A DNA stretch of 63,355 bases, filler included. It is 5 parts of 5 records of this genome, joined end to end, with 100 filler letters (N's around TTAATTAATTAA, not from the genome) between each part and the next. Parts side by side here need not be neighbours in the genome. Positions count along the whole stretch, not along the records: positions 1 to 16,118 come from DRR378314_1799; 4 more parts are not named here. One strand, written 5' to 3'. The translations under genes were made by a program, and so were the position numbers. Below, one piece after another: positions 1 to 9,807 of this stretch. The notes under the pieces were generated by a model. It was not told the DNA's origin. It worked only from the letters and a program-made list of their open reading frames with translations, and made no database searches. Every line of letters starts with the position of its first letter. The first letter of the stretch is position 1.

Positions 1-507
1 GTGACCTTCGACATCGACGCCAACGGCATCGTGTCCGTGTCCGCCAAGGACAAGGCGACCGGCAAGGAACAGGTCATCACCATCCAGGCAGATGGCGGCC
101 TGTCGGAAGACGACATCAAGAACATGATGGCCGACGCCGAAGCCAATGCTGGCGCAGACAAGGCTCGCCGCGAGCTGGTCGAAGCCAAGAACCAGGCTGA
201 AGCCCTCGTGCACCAGACCGAAAAGCAGGTCGAGGAGCATGGCGACAAGGTGTCTGACGAGGTGAAAGCCGAGATCAAGACAGCGTCCGATGAGCTGAAA
301 GAGGCCCGTGAAGGCGACAACATCGCCGATATTCAGGCCAAGCATCAGGCCCTGATGACCGCCGCCATGAAACTTGGCGAGGCCATCTATGCCAGCCAGC
401 AGGAAGAAACTGCCAGCGCTGATGCGGCTGCAGATGCTGCGGCAGATGGCGATGATGTCGTGGACGCAGACTTCGAGGAAGTAGACGGCGACCAGAAGTC
501 CGCCTAG
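1..507 (+). CDS. dnaK: Chaperone DnaK, C-terminal part (5' truncated by window edge)
   Basis: [24 protein letters not shown]...[11 protein letters not shown]; Hsp70 substrate-binding and lid domain. Confidence 0.98.
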   Translation: MTFDIDANGIVSVSAKDKATGKEQVITIQADGGLSEDDIKNMMADAEANAGADKARRELVEAKNQAEALVHQTEKQVEEHGDKVSDEVKAEIKTASDELKEAREGDNIADIQAKHQALMTAAMKLGEAIYASQQEETASADAAADAAADGDDVVDADFEEVDGDQKSA

Positions 508-527
508 TCAACGCCTTCCTTCACAAG

Positions 528-560
528 AAAAGCCCGCCAGAGAGATCTGGCGGGCTTTTT
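528..560. terminator. Bidirectional intrinsic terminator
   Basis: AAAAGCCCGCCAGA-gaga-TCTGGCGGGCTTTTT between convergent dnaK and the PilZ gene. Confidence 0.9.
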
Positions 561-595
561 CGTGGATGGTCTTGCAGAACGAGGCGAACGGCGGA

Positions 596-889
596 CTAGC
601 GTGGCGGGCGGACGAACTGCGCGCCGACCAGAATACCGCTCTGCCATCGCTTCGCACACGGTACGATCAGCTCCACAGAACCGTCAGATTTCAATATCTG
701 TAGCTCGAAGGCATCAGGCACGGCCCAGATCTCGCTGAGCTTCAGCTTGGCGCCCGTGGCAGACAAGTCCCGGATTCCGACATCGAATGAGCTATGACGC
801 TGATTCAATACAATACGACCGCGACGCAACAAACGCATCCGTTTGCCGCCGCGGCTGTCATTTTCCTGAACCTTGCGCTCTTCCGTCAT
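596..889 (-). CDS. Stand-alone PilZ-domain protein (c-di-GMP receptor)
   Basis: RGGKR (RxxxR) and DLSATG (D/NxSxxG) motifs; 97 aa. Confidence 0.85.
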   Translation of the reverse strand: MTEERKVQENDSRGGKRMRLLRRGRIVLNQRHSSFDVGIRDLSATGAKLKLSEIWAVPDAFELQILKSDGSVELIVPCAKRWQSGILVGAQFVRPPR

Positions 890-959
890 ACCGGAATTAT
901 GCGCGAGCGGGAGTTTGGTTCAGACGTTAACTGTAATTGCGGTTACAGCTCTGCATCGC

Positions 960-1949
960 CTAGACGACAACCACCACCTTGCCCTGCGCTTTCCGGTCCA
1001 TCAGTTCCTGAATCGCATCTGCGGATTTTTCCAGCGGATACGTATTGGAAATGTGCGGGCGAATCTTGCCTTCACCGTATAGCTTGAACAGCTCCGCCAC
1101 ATTCTGCGCATGCGCTTTCGGGTCACGCGCAACCGCTGCGCCCCAGAAGACACCGCGCACATCGCAGCTTTTCAGCAAGGTCAGGTTGAGTGGCAATTTC
1201 GGAATGCCTGCGGGGAAGCCGATCACGAGGAACCGCCCTTCCCAGTTCATGGCGCGGAGCGATGGTTCCGCGTAGTTTCCGCCAACACCGTCATAGATGA
1301 TGTCGACACCGCCACCGGAAACTTCCTTGATATCGTTGGAGAAAGCCTTTTGACCATCGCGGTCGAGATCGCGCGCATAGACAAGGCCTTTGTCGGCGCC
1401 CTTGGAGAGGCAGAAGTCCACTTTCTTCTGTGTTGAACAGGCGGCGATGACTTCGAGGCCCATTGCCTTGCCCAGCTCAACCGCCGCAATACCCACGCCG
1501 CCAGCCGCGCCGAGCACGAGAAGCTTCTCGCCAGGCTTCGGATCTCCGCGATCCTTGAGCGCATAATAGCTGGTGCCGTAGGTCATCAGGAAGGCGGCAG
1601 CCTCCTCGAACGGCATCCCGTCCGGAATGGGCATGACAGCGTGTTGAGCGGCCACGGCATATTCTGCCATTCCGCCATTGCCAATTGACGCAAGCACGCG
1701 GTCACCTTCTTTGACGTGGCTCACGCCTTCGCCAACTTCCTTCACGAATCCGGCAATTTCACCGCCGGGAGAGAATGGGCGGGGTGGTTTGAACTGGTAC
1801 ATGTCCTGGATAATGAGCGAATCCGGGAAATTCACCCCGCACGCCTTCACCTCGATCAGAACCTGGCCCTTGCCGCATTCCGGCATCGGGGCGTCTTCGA
1901 TCACCAGAGTATCCGGTCCGCCTACTTCCTTGGAGAGCACTGCTTTCAT
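960..1949 (-). CDS. NADPH:quinone oxidoreductase (zeta-crystallin/MDR family)
   Basis: Start re-assigned to MKAVLSKEVGG; GAAGGVG nucleotide-binding motif; GKVVV C-terminus. Confidence 0.92.
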   Translation of the reverse strand: MKAVLSKEVGGPDTLVIEDAPMPECGKGQVLIEVKACGVNFPDSLIIQDMYQFKPPRPFSPGGEIAGFVKEVGEGVSHVKEGDRVLASIGNGGMAEYAVAAQHAVMPIPDGMPFEEAAAFLMTYGTSYYALKDRGDPKPGEKLLVLGAAGGVGIAAVELGKAMGLEVIAACSTQKKVDFCLSKGADKGLVYARDLDRDGQKAFSNDIKEVSGGGVDIIYDGVGGNYAEPSLRAMNWEGRFLVIGFPAGIPKLPLNLTLLKSCDVRGVFWGAAVARDPKAHAQNVAELFKLYGEGKIRPHISNTYPLEKSADAIQELMDRKAQGKVVVVV

Positions 1950-2048
1950 GCCTGCAACTTCCTTCCCGTCTTGTTGTTTCTGCTGCCAGACGGTAGCGGT
2001 GTGCCGAATAAAAGTCCAAGCCTGACGTAGCGGAGAGGTAGCGATCCA

Positions 2049-2921
2049 ATGGCAAAGAAATGGGCACTCGCCCTGCATGGTGGGGCCGGTCCGATACCAG
2101 GCAATGACTATTCCCTGCAGGAAGCCCATCTGGCGACCCTGCTGAAGAATGGCGCGACTCGTCTGCAGGATGGGGAAGCAGCTTTGGACGTGGTCGAAGT
2201 GATGGTCCAGGGACTGGAGGAATCCGGCCTCTACCTCGCAGGCAAGGGCGCTGCGCCAAATCTGGACGGAGCCTATGAACTGGACGCCGCCATCATGGAT
2301 GGTCGCAATCGCACAGCCGGGGCCGTCGGCGCGCTACAGGGTTATCTCAACCCGGTGTCCTGTGCCCGTGCGGTCATGGAGCGTACCCCGAACGTGCTGT
2401 TGATCGCAGATGGGGCGCGCAAGCTGCTTGCAGATTCCGGATTGGAAGTGATCGAAGACCCGGCTTCCTATTACGATCCGGTAGATGAACTCACGACCCA
2501 AGACATGATCAACTCCACCGGCACCGTCGGAGCCGTCGCGCTGGACATTTATGGAGACCTTTCGGCCGCCACGTCCACGGCAGGCATTCGCGGCAAAACG
2601 CCTGGACGGCTGGGCGATACGCCCCTGATCGGATCAGGCACCTGGGCAGACGAGCGCTGCGCTGTGTCCTGCACGGGTCTTGGGGAATATTTCATCCGCG
2701 CCGCCGCCGCCGCTGACGTATCCGCACGCATCCGCTATGGCGGCGCCAAGCTGGAGGATGCAGTTCAGGGCGCACTGGACGATGTACGCATGCTTGGCGG
2801 TCAGGGCGGCATGATCGCTATTTCCGCATCGGGCGAGATTTCCATGCTCTGGAACTCCTCAGGCCTGAAACGTGGCATGGTGGACTCCAATGGCCGCTTC
2901 GAAGTGGGAACGTTTGGCTGA
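2049..2921 (+). CDS. iaaA: Isoaspartyl peptidase/L-asparaginase (Ntn hydrolase)
   Basis: [15 protein letters not shown] autocleavage Thr, GRLGDTP, SCTGLGE. Confidence 0.9.
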   Translation: MAKKWALALHGGAGPIPGNDYSLQEAHLATLLKNGATRLQDGEAALDVVEVMVQGLEESGLYLAGKGAAPNLDGAYELDAAIMDGRNRTAGAVGALQGYLNPVSCARAVMERTPNVLLIADGARKLLADSGLEVIEDPASYYDPVDELTTQDMINSTGTVGAVALDIYGDLSAATSTAGIRGKTPGRLGDTPLIGSGTWADERCAVSCTGLGEYFIRAAAAADVSARIRYGGAKLEDAVQGALDDVRMLGGQGGMIAISASGEISMLWNSSGLKRGMVDSNGRFEVGTFG

Positions 2922-3241
2922 TGACGATCATCCTGTTCATCCTGCTCGGTTTCACCGTCTTTGCGCTTCTGCTGGCCCTGCAGATGCGATGGATGATATC
3001 TGTCGCCTTGCGTCGCGCCTTGTCTGAAAAGTTCGGCGGCCTGCCGTCAGATGTCGCCTACCGGCAAGGCGTTGTCGATGCGGGTCGCCGGGTGTCGCAC
3101 AACGACGTTTCCGAACACCTCAATACAACCTACCCCAACCAGCTTGGCCATTTGCGCCTCGCACGGCGTGTGTCGATCTATACGCTTCCCTTGATCATCG
3201 CCTTGCTGGTTGTCCTGAGATTCGGCCTGGAGGCCTTTTGA
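2921..3241 (+). CDS. Hypothetical membrane protein (2 TM)
   Basis: Overlaps the upstream stop by 1 nt; hydrophobic N- and C-termini. Confidence 0.75.
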   Translation: MTIILFILLGFTVFALLLALQMRWMISVALRRALSEKFGGLPSDVAYRQGVVDAGRRVSHNDVSEHLNTTYPNQLGHLRLARRVSIYTLPLIIALLVVLRFGLEAF

Positions 3242-3242
3242 A

Positions 3243-3767
3243 ATGCGCGGCTATTTCGCCATCGGATCCGAACGGATTTCAAAGCCCATGAACCTTGGCG
3301 CCCTGATGCGCACGGCAAATGCGTTCGGGGCAAGCTTTGTCTTCTCGATCAATGCCGAGCACAGGCTTCGCGCAGCCTATCAGGCGGATACATCGAAGAC
3401 GGCTGGGCAAGTGCCCTATTACCAATGGGACAATGTTGACGATATGCAACTACCGCGCGGCTGCCAGATGGTCGGCATCGAATTGACCGATGACGCCGTG
3501 ATGCTTCCCACCTTCCGACATCCTCCGCAGGCGGCCTACATTCTCGGGCCGGAAAAGGGGGACTTGTCGCCGGAAATTCTCGCCAGATGCGATCATGTCG
3601 TGAAGATCCCGACCAAGTTCTGTATCAATGTAAGCTTGGCGGGTGCGCTCGTCATGTATGACCGGCACCTGTCGATGGGTGGCTACGCCCCGCGACCAAT
3701 CATGCCGGGTGGTACGGCTGGGGACGGACTCGCAAACACCCATGTTCCGGGCAAAGACAGAAAATAG
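3243..3767 (+). CDS. SpoU/TrmH-family RNA methyltransferase
   Basis: NLGALMRTANAFGA, LGPEKG, INVSLAG SPOUT motifs. Confidence 0.9.
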   Translation: MRGYFAIGSERISKPMNLGALMRTANAFGASFVFSINAEHRLRAAYQADTSKTAGQVPYYQWDNVDDMQLPRGCQMVGIELTDDAVMLPTFRHPPQAAYILGPEKGDLSPEILARCDHVVKIPTKFCINVSLAGALVMYDRHLSMGGYAPRPIMPGGTAGDGLANTHVPGKDRK

Positions 3768-4430
3768 TCAGCGGCCGAGTACACGCTGGATCATGCCCAT
3801 GACGCCGGTAAACTTCAGACCGGCATCACGGACCGCCAGTGCGAAGCATACTTCACCGGCATCACCGACAGGCTGGTGGGTGTCATCCGGCCCTTTGACG
3901 GCCAGATCTCCAGGCCCGTAGCTGCCCGTTTCATCGGTAAACCCACCGGCGACAACCAGCGTGAACTCCGTGCCACCATGTGAGTGACGCGGCACTCTGG
4001 CATTCGGCTGGATGCGATACAGCTCGACTTCGAGTTCACTTTTCACGTCCAGCTTCATACGGCGGATACCGGGCGCAGTGCCCTGCCAACCTGCAAGGTC
4101 AAATGCCTCAAAGGCTGCATCCCGCAGCGGCTCGGGCAACTCTGCCAGTTCGGCATCGGATGGCGCGGATCGTGCCGGGAGGTCTTCTTCTCGTTCCAGC
4201 GCATCAATCAGATCCAGCGCGCGGGCCCCTGCCCCGACAGACATGGCCACCGGAGTGGCAGTTTCGAACATGATGCCGGAAATGGTCTCGCTCACCGCCA
4301 GCGCGCCCCGCACATCACTGCGCAGCATGCTCTGCGTTTCAAGCAATAGCGAAAATCCCGGATCCAGCTGGCCCGCGGCATAGGCGGAATACAGTTCGCT
4401 GAAAGATGGAGGTGACGTTTCCTGCATCAT
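3768..4430 (-). CDS. chrR: ChrR-family anti-sigma factor with cupin domain (start 4427-4442 uncertain)
   Basis: AYAAGQL..FSL N-terminal ASD; cupin PRHSHGGTE...HQP; directly downstream of an ECF sigma. Confidence 0.88.
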   Translation of the reverse strand: MMQETSPPSFSELYSAYAAGQLDPGFSLLLETQSMLRSDVRGALAVSETISGIMFETATPVAMSVGAGARALDLIDALEREEDLPARSAPSDAELAELPEPLRDAAFEAFDLAGWQGTAPGIRRMKLDVKSELEVELYRIQPNARVPRHSHGGTEFTLVVAGGFTDETGSYGPGDLAVKGPDDTHQPVGDAGEVCFALAVRDAGLKFTGVMGMIQRVLGR

Positions 4431-4451
4431 GACAAATTCCATTGCTTCGGG

Positions 4452-5042
4452 TCAGGCATCAGTGCCTCCCGGCTCCAACTGACCGCGCAATCGGCCAAAC
4501 GCCAACCTGATGCGGGATTTGACCGTACCGAGCGGCAATCCGAATCTTGTGGCAATTTCAGAATGTGACAAGCCCTCATAGAATGCTGCTTGCAGCAATT
4601 CGAGTTGCTCGTGCGGAAGCTTTGCCAGCTCCGCCCGCACACTTTCCTCGATCTGGGCGCGATCCAGCGCCTCGTCCGGCTGCTCGATATCCGGTGGGCG
4701 CAGCATGGGTTCATCGGCGTCGAGTTCCGGGCGCGACGCCTTGCGAAATCTATCAATCCGACGGTTACGCGCGATACGAAAGATCCAGGTCGAAACCGAT
4801 GCCTGCTTCCGGTCATACATGTCAGCTTTGCGCCAGACTGTGACCAACACATCCTGGGCCAGATCCTCGGCCTCATTGTCGCTTGCGCCCAGTCGCAGCA
4901 TGTAGCTCTTCACGCGTGGGGCATAGAAATCGAACAGTTCCGAGAAAGACTCCCGGCACTTCTTCGCCGCGATCAGCGCCATGCAATCTGCATGGTGTGC
5001 CCTGACACTGGGGGAAATTGATGTTGTTACAGTGTCGTTCAC
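4452..5042 (-). CDS. rpoE: ECF sigma factor, RpoE/ECF11 type
   Basis: STWIFRIARNRRID (region 2), LPLGTVKSRIRLA (region 4); paired with chrR. Confidence 0.88.
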   Translation of the reverse strand: MNDTVTTSISPSVRAHHADCMALIAAKKCRESFSELFDFYAPRVKSYMLRLGASDNEAEDLAQDVLVTVWRKADMYDRKQASVSTWIFRIARNRRIDRFRKASRPELDADEPMLRPPDIEQPDEALDRAQIEESVRAELAKLPHEQLELLQAAFYEGLSHSEIATRFGLPLGTVKSRIRLAFGRLRGQLEPGGTDA

Positions 5043-5219
5043 ACGCGAACTCTCATACTGGGACGAACCACCACTATCCTTGTGTCAGACCACAAAGGCA
5101 ACCATTGGGCCGAACACGCCAGCGTGAAGCACACCGTAAACCATTTGCCGTAGTTTAGCCTTAACCCTGTTGTCTCTATGGTGCCGGCACCGCTTCGAGC
5201 CAAGGGACATGTATAGAAA

Positions 5220-5735
5220 ATGCACACACTGAGACTCAGCCGCAAATCACTCATTTCGCTTACCGTGGCCGCCGCTCTCGCGGCCCCCTTGGCATCGGCG
5301 AGCCCGACAGCGATCGGGCGCTACAAGGACTGGTCAGTCTTTACTGATACGGCCAATGGCGAAACCATCTGCTACGCTGCAACACAAGCAACCGACAAGG
5401 CGCCTCGCGCGGCCGATCATGGCGATGTCTGGTTTTATGTGACGAACTGGAAATCTGGCCGGGCACGCAACCAGCCGAGCATGAAGGTCGGTTATGAATT
5501 ACGTGAAGACCTCGCCCCCAAGGCAAGCGTCGGCCGTTCCTCCTGGGCATTGTTTGGCGTGGGACGCGAAGCCTTCGCAGACGATTCCGACGATTCCCGC
5601 ATCGTGTCCGCCCTGCGCAAGGGTAGCGAATTGCGCGTCGAAGCTGTTTCCAAGCGCAACACGCAAGTCGCGTATCATTTCTCGCTGAGCGGCTCGGCCG
5701 CAGCGATCGACAAGGCGTCTGCGATCTGTCGCTAA
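5220..5735 (+). CDS. Invasion-associated locus B (IalB)-like exported protein
   Basis: Signal peptide; YKDWSVF...CY; FSLSGSAAAIDKA..C; typical neighbour of rlmN in alphaproteobacteria. Confidence 0.8.
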   Translation: MHTLRLSRKSLISLTVAAALAAPLASASPTAIGRYKDWSVFTDTANGETICYAATQATDKAPRAADHGDVWFYVTNWKSGRARNQPSMKVGYELREDLAPKASVGRSSWALFGVGREAFADDSDDSRIVSALRKGSELRVEAVSKRNTQVAYHFSLSGSAAAIDKASAICR

Positions 5736-5754
5736 TGCCTCAAAGCCGAATGCA

Positions 5755-5790
5755 AAAAGGCCAGCTGCGCTCATGCGCAGCTGGCCTTTT
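5755..5790. terminator. Bidirectional intrinsic terminator
   Basis: AAAAGGCCAGCTGCGC-tcat-GCGCAGCTGGCCTTTT between convergent genes. Confidence 0.9.
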
Positions 5791-5821
5791 CCATTAGCCA
5801 TTCAAACCGGCTTAGTCGCGA

Positions 5822-6466
5822 TTAGTAGCTTTCCTGCGTGATCGGCGTCAGGATGATCTCGACGCGGCGGTTGGCTGCGCGGCCTTCGGCTGTCGCATTG
5901 TCGGCAATCGGCTGGGTTTCACCCATGCCCACAGCCGCCAGGCGTACTGGCGTCACGCCCTGATTTACCAGATAGGACCGTACAGACTCTGCGCGGCGCT
6001 GAGACAGCTCCATATTGTAGTCGTCCGGGCCGTCAGAGCTGGCATGACCAATAATGTCGACAGCTGTCGACGGATAGTCGACCAGTGTTGCGCCCACATC
6101 ATTCAGCGCACCATAGAAGTTTGGCTGGATCGTGGCGCTGTTCACAGAGAATGTGATGTTCGACGGCATGGTCAGCGCGATCTGGTCACCCTGGCGCTCA
6201 ACACCGATGCCGGTACCGGCGGTCTGCTCGCGCAGCTGGCGCTCTTGCTTGTCCATATAGTCGCCGACAGCAGCGCCTGCGATTGCGCCAACTGCAGCGC
6301 CAATTGCAGCATTGCGACCATCGTCGCCGCCTGCCAGCGTACCGGCGCCTGCGCCAAGAATGGCTCCCACGCCTGCACCCGTCAGGACTCGTTGGCTTGG
6401 GCCAGTTTCACAGGCCGGAAGGGCGATCAGGGGAAGCGCAAGCAGCGCATAGGAAAGACGTTTCAT
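5822..6466 (-). CDS. OmpA-family lipoprotein with glycine zipper (YiaD-like)
   Basis: Lipobox LPAC, glycine zipper, LSQRRAESV and NRRVEI OmpA C-terminal motifs. Confidence 0.92.
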   Translation of the reverse strand: MKRLSYALLALPLIALPACETGPSQRVLTGAGVGAILGAGAGTLAGGDDGRNAAIGAAVGAIAGAAVGDYMDKQERQLREQTAGTGIGVERQGDQIALTMPSNITFSVNSATIQPNFYGALNDVGATLVDYPSTAVDIIGHASSDGPDDYNMELSQRRAESVRSYLVNQGVTPVRLAAVGMGETQPIADNATAEGRAANRRVEIILTPITQESY

Positions 6467-6640
6467 TTCATCAGCTCCTTTGGAAAGGACAGCCCGGAAT
6501 TGGGCACGCTTATCAACGCGTGGCGCAGTGTGTCGGTTCCTTCAATGGCAAAACAAGGGCAGGAATATTAACTCATGGTAAGACTCCGCCTGCAGGGAGT
6601 AATTCCTTGAAAGCCTTCAACATGTTATAGGCGCGGGACC

Positions 6641-7801
6641 ATGAAGATTGAACTCGACCTTTCGCGCCGCGCTGACGCCGCGCCCGCTGCCCCTCGCTCT
6701 CTTGCGGGTATGTCCCTGCCTGCCCTGAAGGCAGAAATGGAAGCGCTTGGCCTGGACCCGAAAAAAGCGGGCATGCGCGCGAAACAGCTGCGCCGCTGGT
6801 TGCACCATTTCGGCTCTCAGGATTTTTCCGCGATGACGGACATCGCGAAAGATTTGCGCGCTCGGCTGGACGAAACATTCGATCTGACGCGGCCTGAAAT
6901 CACGGATCATCAGATTTCCCGCGATGGGACGCAGAAATGGCTGACACGTTTCGGACCGGGCATCGAAGGCGAAAGCGTCTACATTCCTGACGTTGGCAAA
7001 GCGGGAGCCCTGTGTGTGTCCAGCCAGGTTGGCTGCACACTGAACTGCACATTCTGCCACACAGGCACACAGAAACTGGTCCGCAACCTGACGGCTCAGG
7101 AAATTGTGGCGCAGGTCCTGATCGCGCGCGACGGGCTCGGCGAGTGGCCCACCTCCACAGAGAACCGGAAGCTGACGAACATCGTCTTCATGGGCATGGG
7201 CGAGCCGCTCTACAATCTGGACAATGTCGCAGAAGCCATCGACACGATTTCAGATGGCGACGGCATTGCGATTGGTCGCCGCCGGATCACGGTCTCGACC
7301 GCGGGTGTCGCGCCGAAGATTCCAGAGCTCGGCCACCGCACCAGCGCCGCGCTCGCCATCTCGCTCCACGCGACACATGACGATCTGCGCAACGAAATTG
7401 TGCCAATCAACCGCAAATACGATCTGCAGACGCTGTTTGAAGCCATCCGCGCCTATCCGGATCTGGGCAATTCCAAGCGCGTGACCTTTGAATATGTCAT
7501 GCTGAAGGGCGTCAATGACAGTTTGGCGGAAGCGCGTGATCTCGTCCGCCTGCTGAGAGGCGTGCCATCCAAGATCAACCTCATCCCGTTCAACCCCTGG
7601 CCCGGCAGCCCCTACGAGTGCTCGGACTGGGAAACGATCGAAGAGTTCGCGGAAGTCCTCAACCGGGCTGGCTACGCCTCTCCGATCCGCACGCCACGCG
7701 GCCGGGACATCCTCGCCGCCTGCGGACAATTGCGCTCTGAAAGCGTCAAGAAATCCGCCGCCGAAAAACGCCGCGAAGCATTGGCTGCTGCTGCAGAATA
7801 A
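6641..7801 (+). CDS. rlmN: 23S rRNA/tRNA m2A methyltransferase RlmN
   Basis: [15 protein letters not shown] radical-SAM motif, MGMGEP, AACGQL. Confidence 0.97.
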   Translation: MKIELDLSRRADAAPAAPRSLAGMSLPALKAEMEALGLDPKKAGMRAKQLRRWLHHFGSQDFSAMTDIAKDLRARLDETFDLTRPEITDHQISRDGTQKWLTRFGPGIEGESVYIPDVGKAGALCVSSQVGCTLNCTFCHTGTQKLVRNLTAQEIVAQVLIARDGLGEWPTSTENRKLTNIVFMGMGEPLYNLDNVAEAIDTISDGDGIAIGRRRITVSTAGVAPKIPELGHRTSAALAISLHATHDDLRNEIVPINRKYDLQTLFEAIRAYPDLGNSKRVTFEYVMLKGVNDSLAEARDLVRLLRGVPSKINLIPFNPWPGSPYECSDWETIEEFAEVLNRAGYASPIRTPRGRDILAACGQLRSESVKKSAAEKRREALAAAAE

Positions 7802-7849
7802 GAAAGAGGGCGCGTACGCCCTCCCCTCCCGTTTCAGATTTTCAAGCAC

Positions 7850-8443
7850 TTAGCTTGCGGTCAGCTTTCCAATCCGCTGCTGGGCGTCCGCCAGGATATC
7901 GGCAATAGCCTTGCGGTTTGCAGCATTGTCAGGGTCAGACCTGACTGTATCGCGTACGGTGTGTCGTAGCCTGTGCATTGCACCGCGTACATCTTCCGGA
8001 TCTTCCGGTCGCTCACTTTCCTGCAGTGCCGCGAGGCGTTCGGCGATCGCCTGCAAGGTCTCGGTGTTTGCCTCGTGTTCGGTTTGGCCAGCTTTGGTCA
8101 ATTGGAACATCCGGCGCTGACCATCCAGTTCTACCTTGACCAAACCGAGGTCCAGCAGCGCTTCAAGCGCAGGATAGACGACGCCGGGGCTGGGCACGTA
8201 TGCGCCACCCGTCCGGCTTTCGATCTCGCGGATCAGGTCATATCCATGACGCGGCTCGCTGGTGAGCAGATCCAGGATCAGCACGCGCAGGTCACCATGA
8301 TTTAGGGGGCGGCGTCGCCGACCTCGTGGGCCATGTCCGTGTTTTCGTCCGTGTCGCATTCTCATCCGTCTCCCAAATCCATCACCTCTGTCTCCGGCGC
8401 CTTTGTGGCGGCGGGCGTTTTGTTGGTTTTCTCGATATCTCAT
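7850..8443 (-). CDS. PadR-family regulator, YqjI-like, with Arg/His/Gly-rich N-terminus
   Basis: HGYDLI, PSPGVVYPAL; start at MRYRENQQ behind an AAAGGA RBS. Confidence 0.9.
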   Translation of the reverse strand: MRYRENQQNARRHKGAGDRGDGFGRRMRMRHGRKHGHGPRGRRRRPLNHGDLRVLILDLLTSEPRHGYDLIREIESRTGGAYVPSPGVVYPALEALLDLGLVKVELDGQRRMFQLTKAGQTEHEANTETLQAIAERLAALQESERPEDPEDVRGAMHRLRHTVRDTVRSDPDNAANRKAIADILADAQQRIGKLTAS

Positions 8444-8454
8444 TTGTTGTCCTT

Positions 8455-8514
8455 TCGATATATCTGAATTGAATATTGTATCGATATATCGAAATTCAAG
8501 TTTCGTTATATCGA
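8455..8514. promoter_or_regulatory. Three TCGATATATCGA-like palindromes, putative PadR operators
   Basis: 8455 TCGATATATCTG, 8481 TCGATATATCGA (perfect), 8503 TCGTTATATCGA in an AT-rich divergent intergenic region. Confidence 0.75.
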
Positions 8515-8587
8515 TAATATCAGATTCCATCTCAACCTTGCTGAGATGTACGTGGCGCAACCTCTTTCCACCGGCTAATCTGGCGAA

Positions 8588-9340
8588 ATGAGATTCCTGA
8601 TTTTCACCTTGCTCTGCGCCTGTCTGATACACGCCTGCGCCCGCGCTCAGCCACAAACTGAGTGCGAACAACGCATCCACCTGGATCAGCCCTATACGGT
8701 CTGCACATTCGCCGCCGAAACGCCGGTACGTCTCTGGCTGTCCGGTCCGGATGGCGCGCCATTCGGACAGTTTGACCGGCTTTCAGCGCACCTGGCCACA
8801 CAGGATCAAACGCTCGTCTTCGCCATGAATGCGGGCATGTATCATCAGGATCGCCGGCCCGTTGGCCTCTACATCGAAGACGGGGTTCAGACTGCCCCGA
8901 TTGTCACGCGTGAAGGGCCTGGCAATTTCGGAATGCTGCCCAATGGCGTGTTCTGGGTCGATAGCGCCGGCGCCGCGCATGTCACCGAAAGTCGCGCCTT
9001 CGATGCGCTTTCGCCAGACGCAATCCACGCCACCCAGTCCGGCCCGATGTTGGTGATCGATGGCGACCTGCACCCGAACTTCAATCAGGACGGCCCAAGC
9101 AAGAAACGCCGGAATGGGGTCGGCGTCGGCAAGGACGGCACCTTGTATTTCGCAATCAGCGATGTGCCCGTGAATTTCCACAGCTTTGCGACACTGTTCC
9201 GCGACGAGTTGGGAGCGCCAAACGCGCTGTTCCTGGACGGCTTCATCTCGAAACTCTATGCGCCTGGTATTGGTCGAAACGAGACAGGGCTCGACATGGG
9301 CCCCATCATCGGCGTCGCGCGCCCGACCGAAAGCGACTGA
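8588..9340 (+). CDS. Exported phosphodiester glycosidase (DUF2233/YigE-like) protein
   Basis: Signal peptide; [39 protein letters not shown]. Confidence 0.88.
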   Translation: MRFLIFTLLCACLIHACARAQPQTECEQRIHLDQPYTVCTFAAETPVRLWLSGPDGAPFGQFDRLSAHLATQDQTLVFAMNAGMYHQDRRPVGLYIEDGVQTAPIVTREGPGNFGMLPNGVFWVDSAGAAHVTESRAFDALSPDAIHATQSGPMLVIDGDLHPNFNQDGPSKKRRNGVGVGKDGTLYFAISDVPVNFHSFATLFRDELGAPNALFLDGFISKLYAPGIGRNETGLDMGPIIGVARPTESD

Positions 9341-9393
9341 CCCGAAACCGCCTGCATGCTAGTATGGATTTCTGTCGACGGGAGAAATGACCC

Positions 9394-9774
9394 ATGCTGA
9401 CCGACACGATCCTGCTTCTCTTCGGCCTCTACTTCATGGCGGCGGGCGCTGGTCTGCTGACCGATCCCTTGCGCGTCGCCAAGATGATCGACGACCTCGA
9501 GGCCAGCCCGGCGATCGGTTTCCTTTGCGGCGCTGTGATGCTGTTTGCCGCGGGCGGAACCTTGTCGCTCCAGAACAGTTTCACCAACATCTCTGACGGG
9601 TTGGCGACGCTGCTGCTGGCTGGCGCACTGATCGAAGGCTTGTTGTTGGTCGCCTGGCCAAAGCCGATATGGGCGATTGCCCACTGGATGATGCCGGATG
9701 ACGACCATCTGCGCGGCTTCGGGGTTGTTGCGCTCGCCATTGGGGCCGTGGTGTTTGCGCTCGGCGCGCTTTAG
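9394..9774 (+). CDS. Small 4-TM membrane protein
   Basis: Four hydrophobic segments; GGAG upstream. Confidence 0.75.
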   Translation: MLTDTILLLFGLYFMAAGAGLLTDPLRVAKMIDDLEASPAIGFLCGAVMLFAAGGTLSLQNSFTNISDGLATLLLAGALIEGLLLVAWPKPIWAIAHWMMPDDDHLRGFGVVALAIGAVVFALGAL

Positions 9775-9807
9775 GCTCGTCACACAGAAGAATCGAAAGG
9801 AAAAGAC

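Noticed and set aside
1950..2129. N-terminal extensions in the ORF track (also 8444-8680, 20568-20849, 23158-23463, 41010-41129)
   Set aside because: They overlap neighbouring genes or operators; downstream starts have RBS and family-typical N-termini
8455..8514. Short repeats as a possible mini-CRISPR
   Set aside because: 12-bp units with 10-14-bp gaps and no cas genes; fits operators
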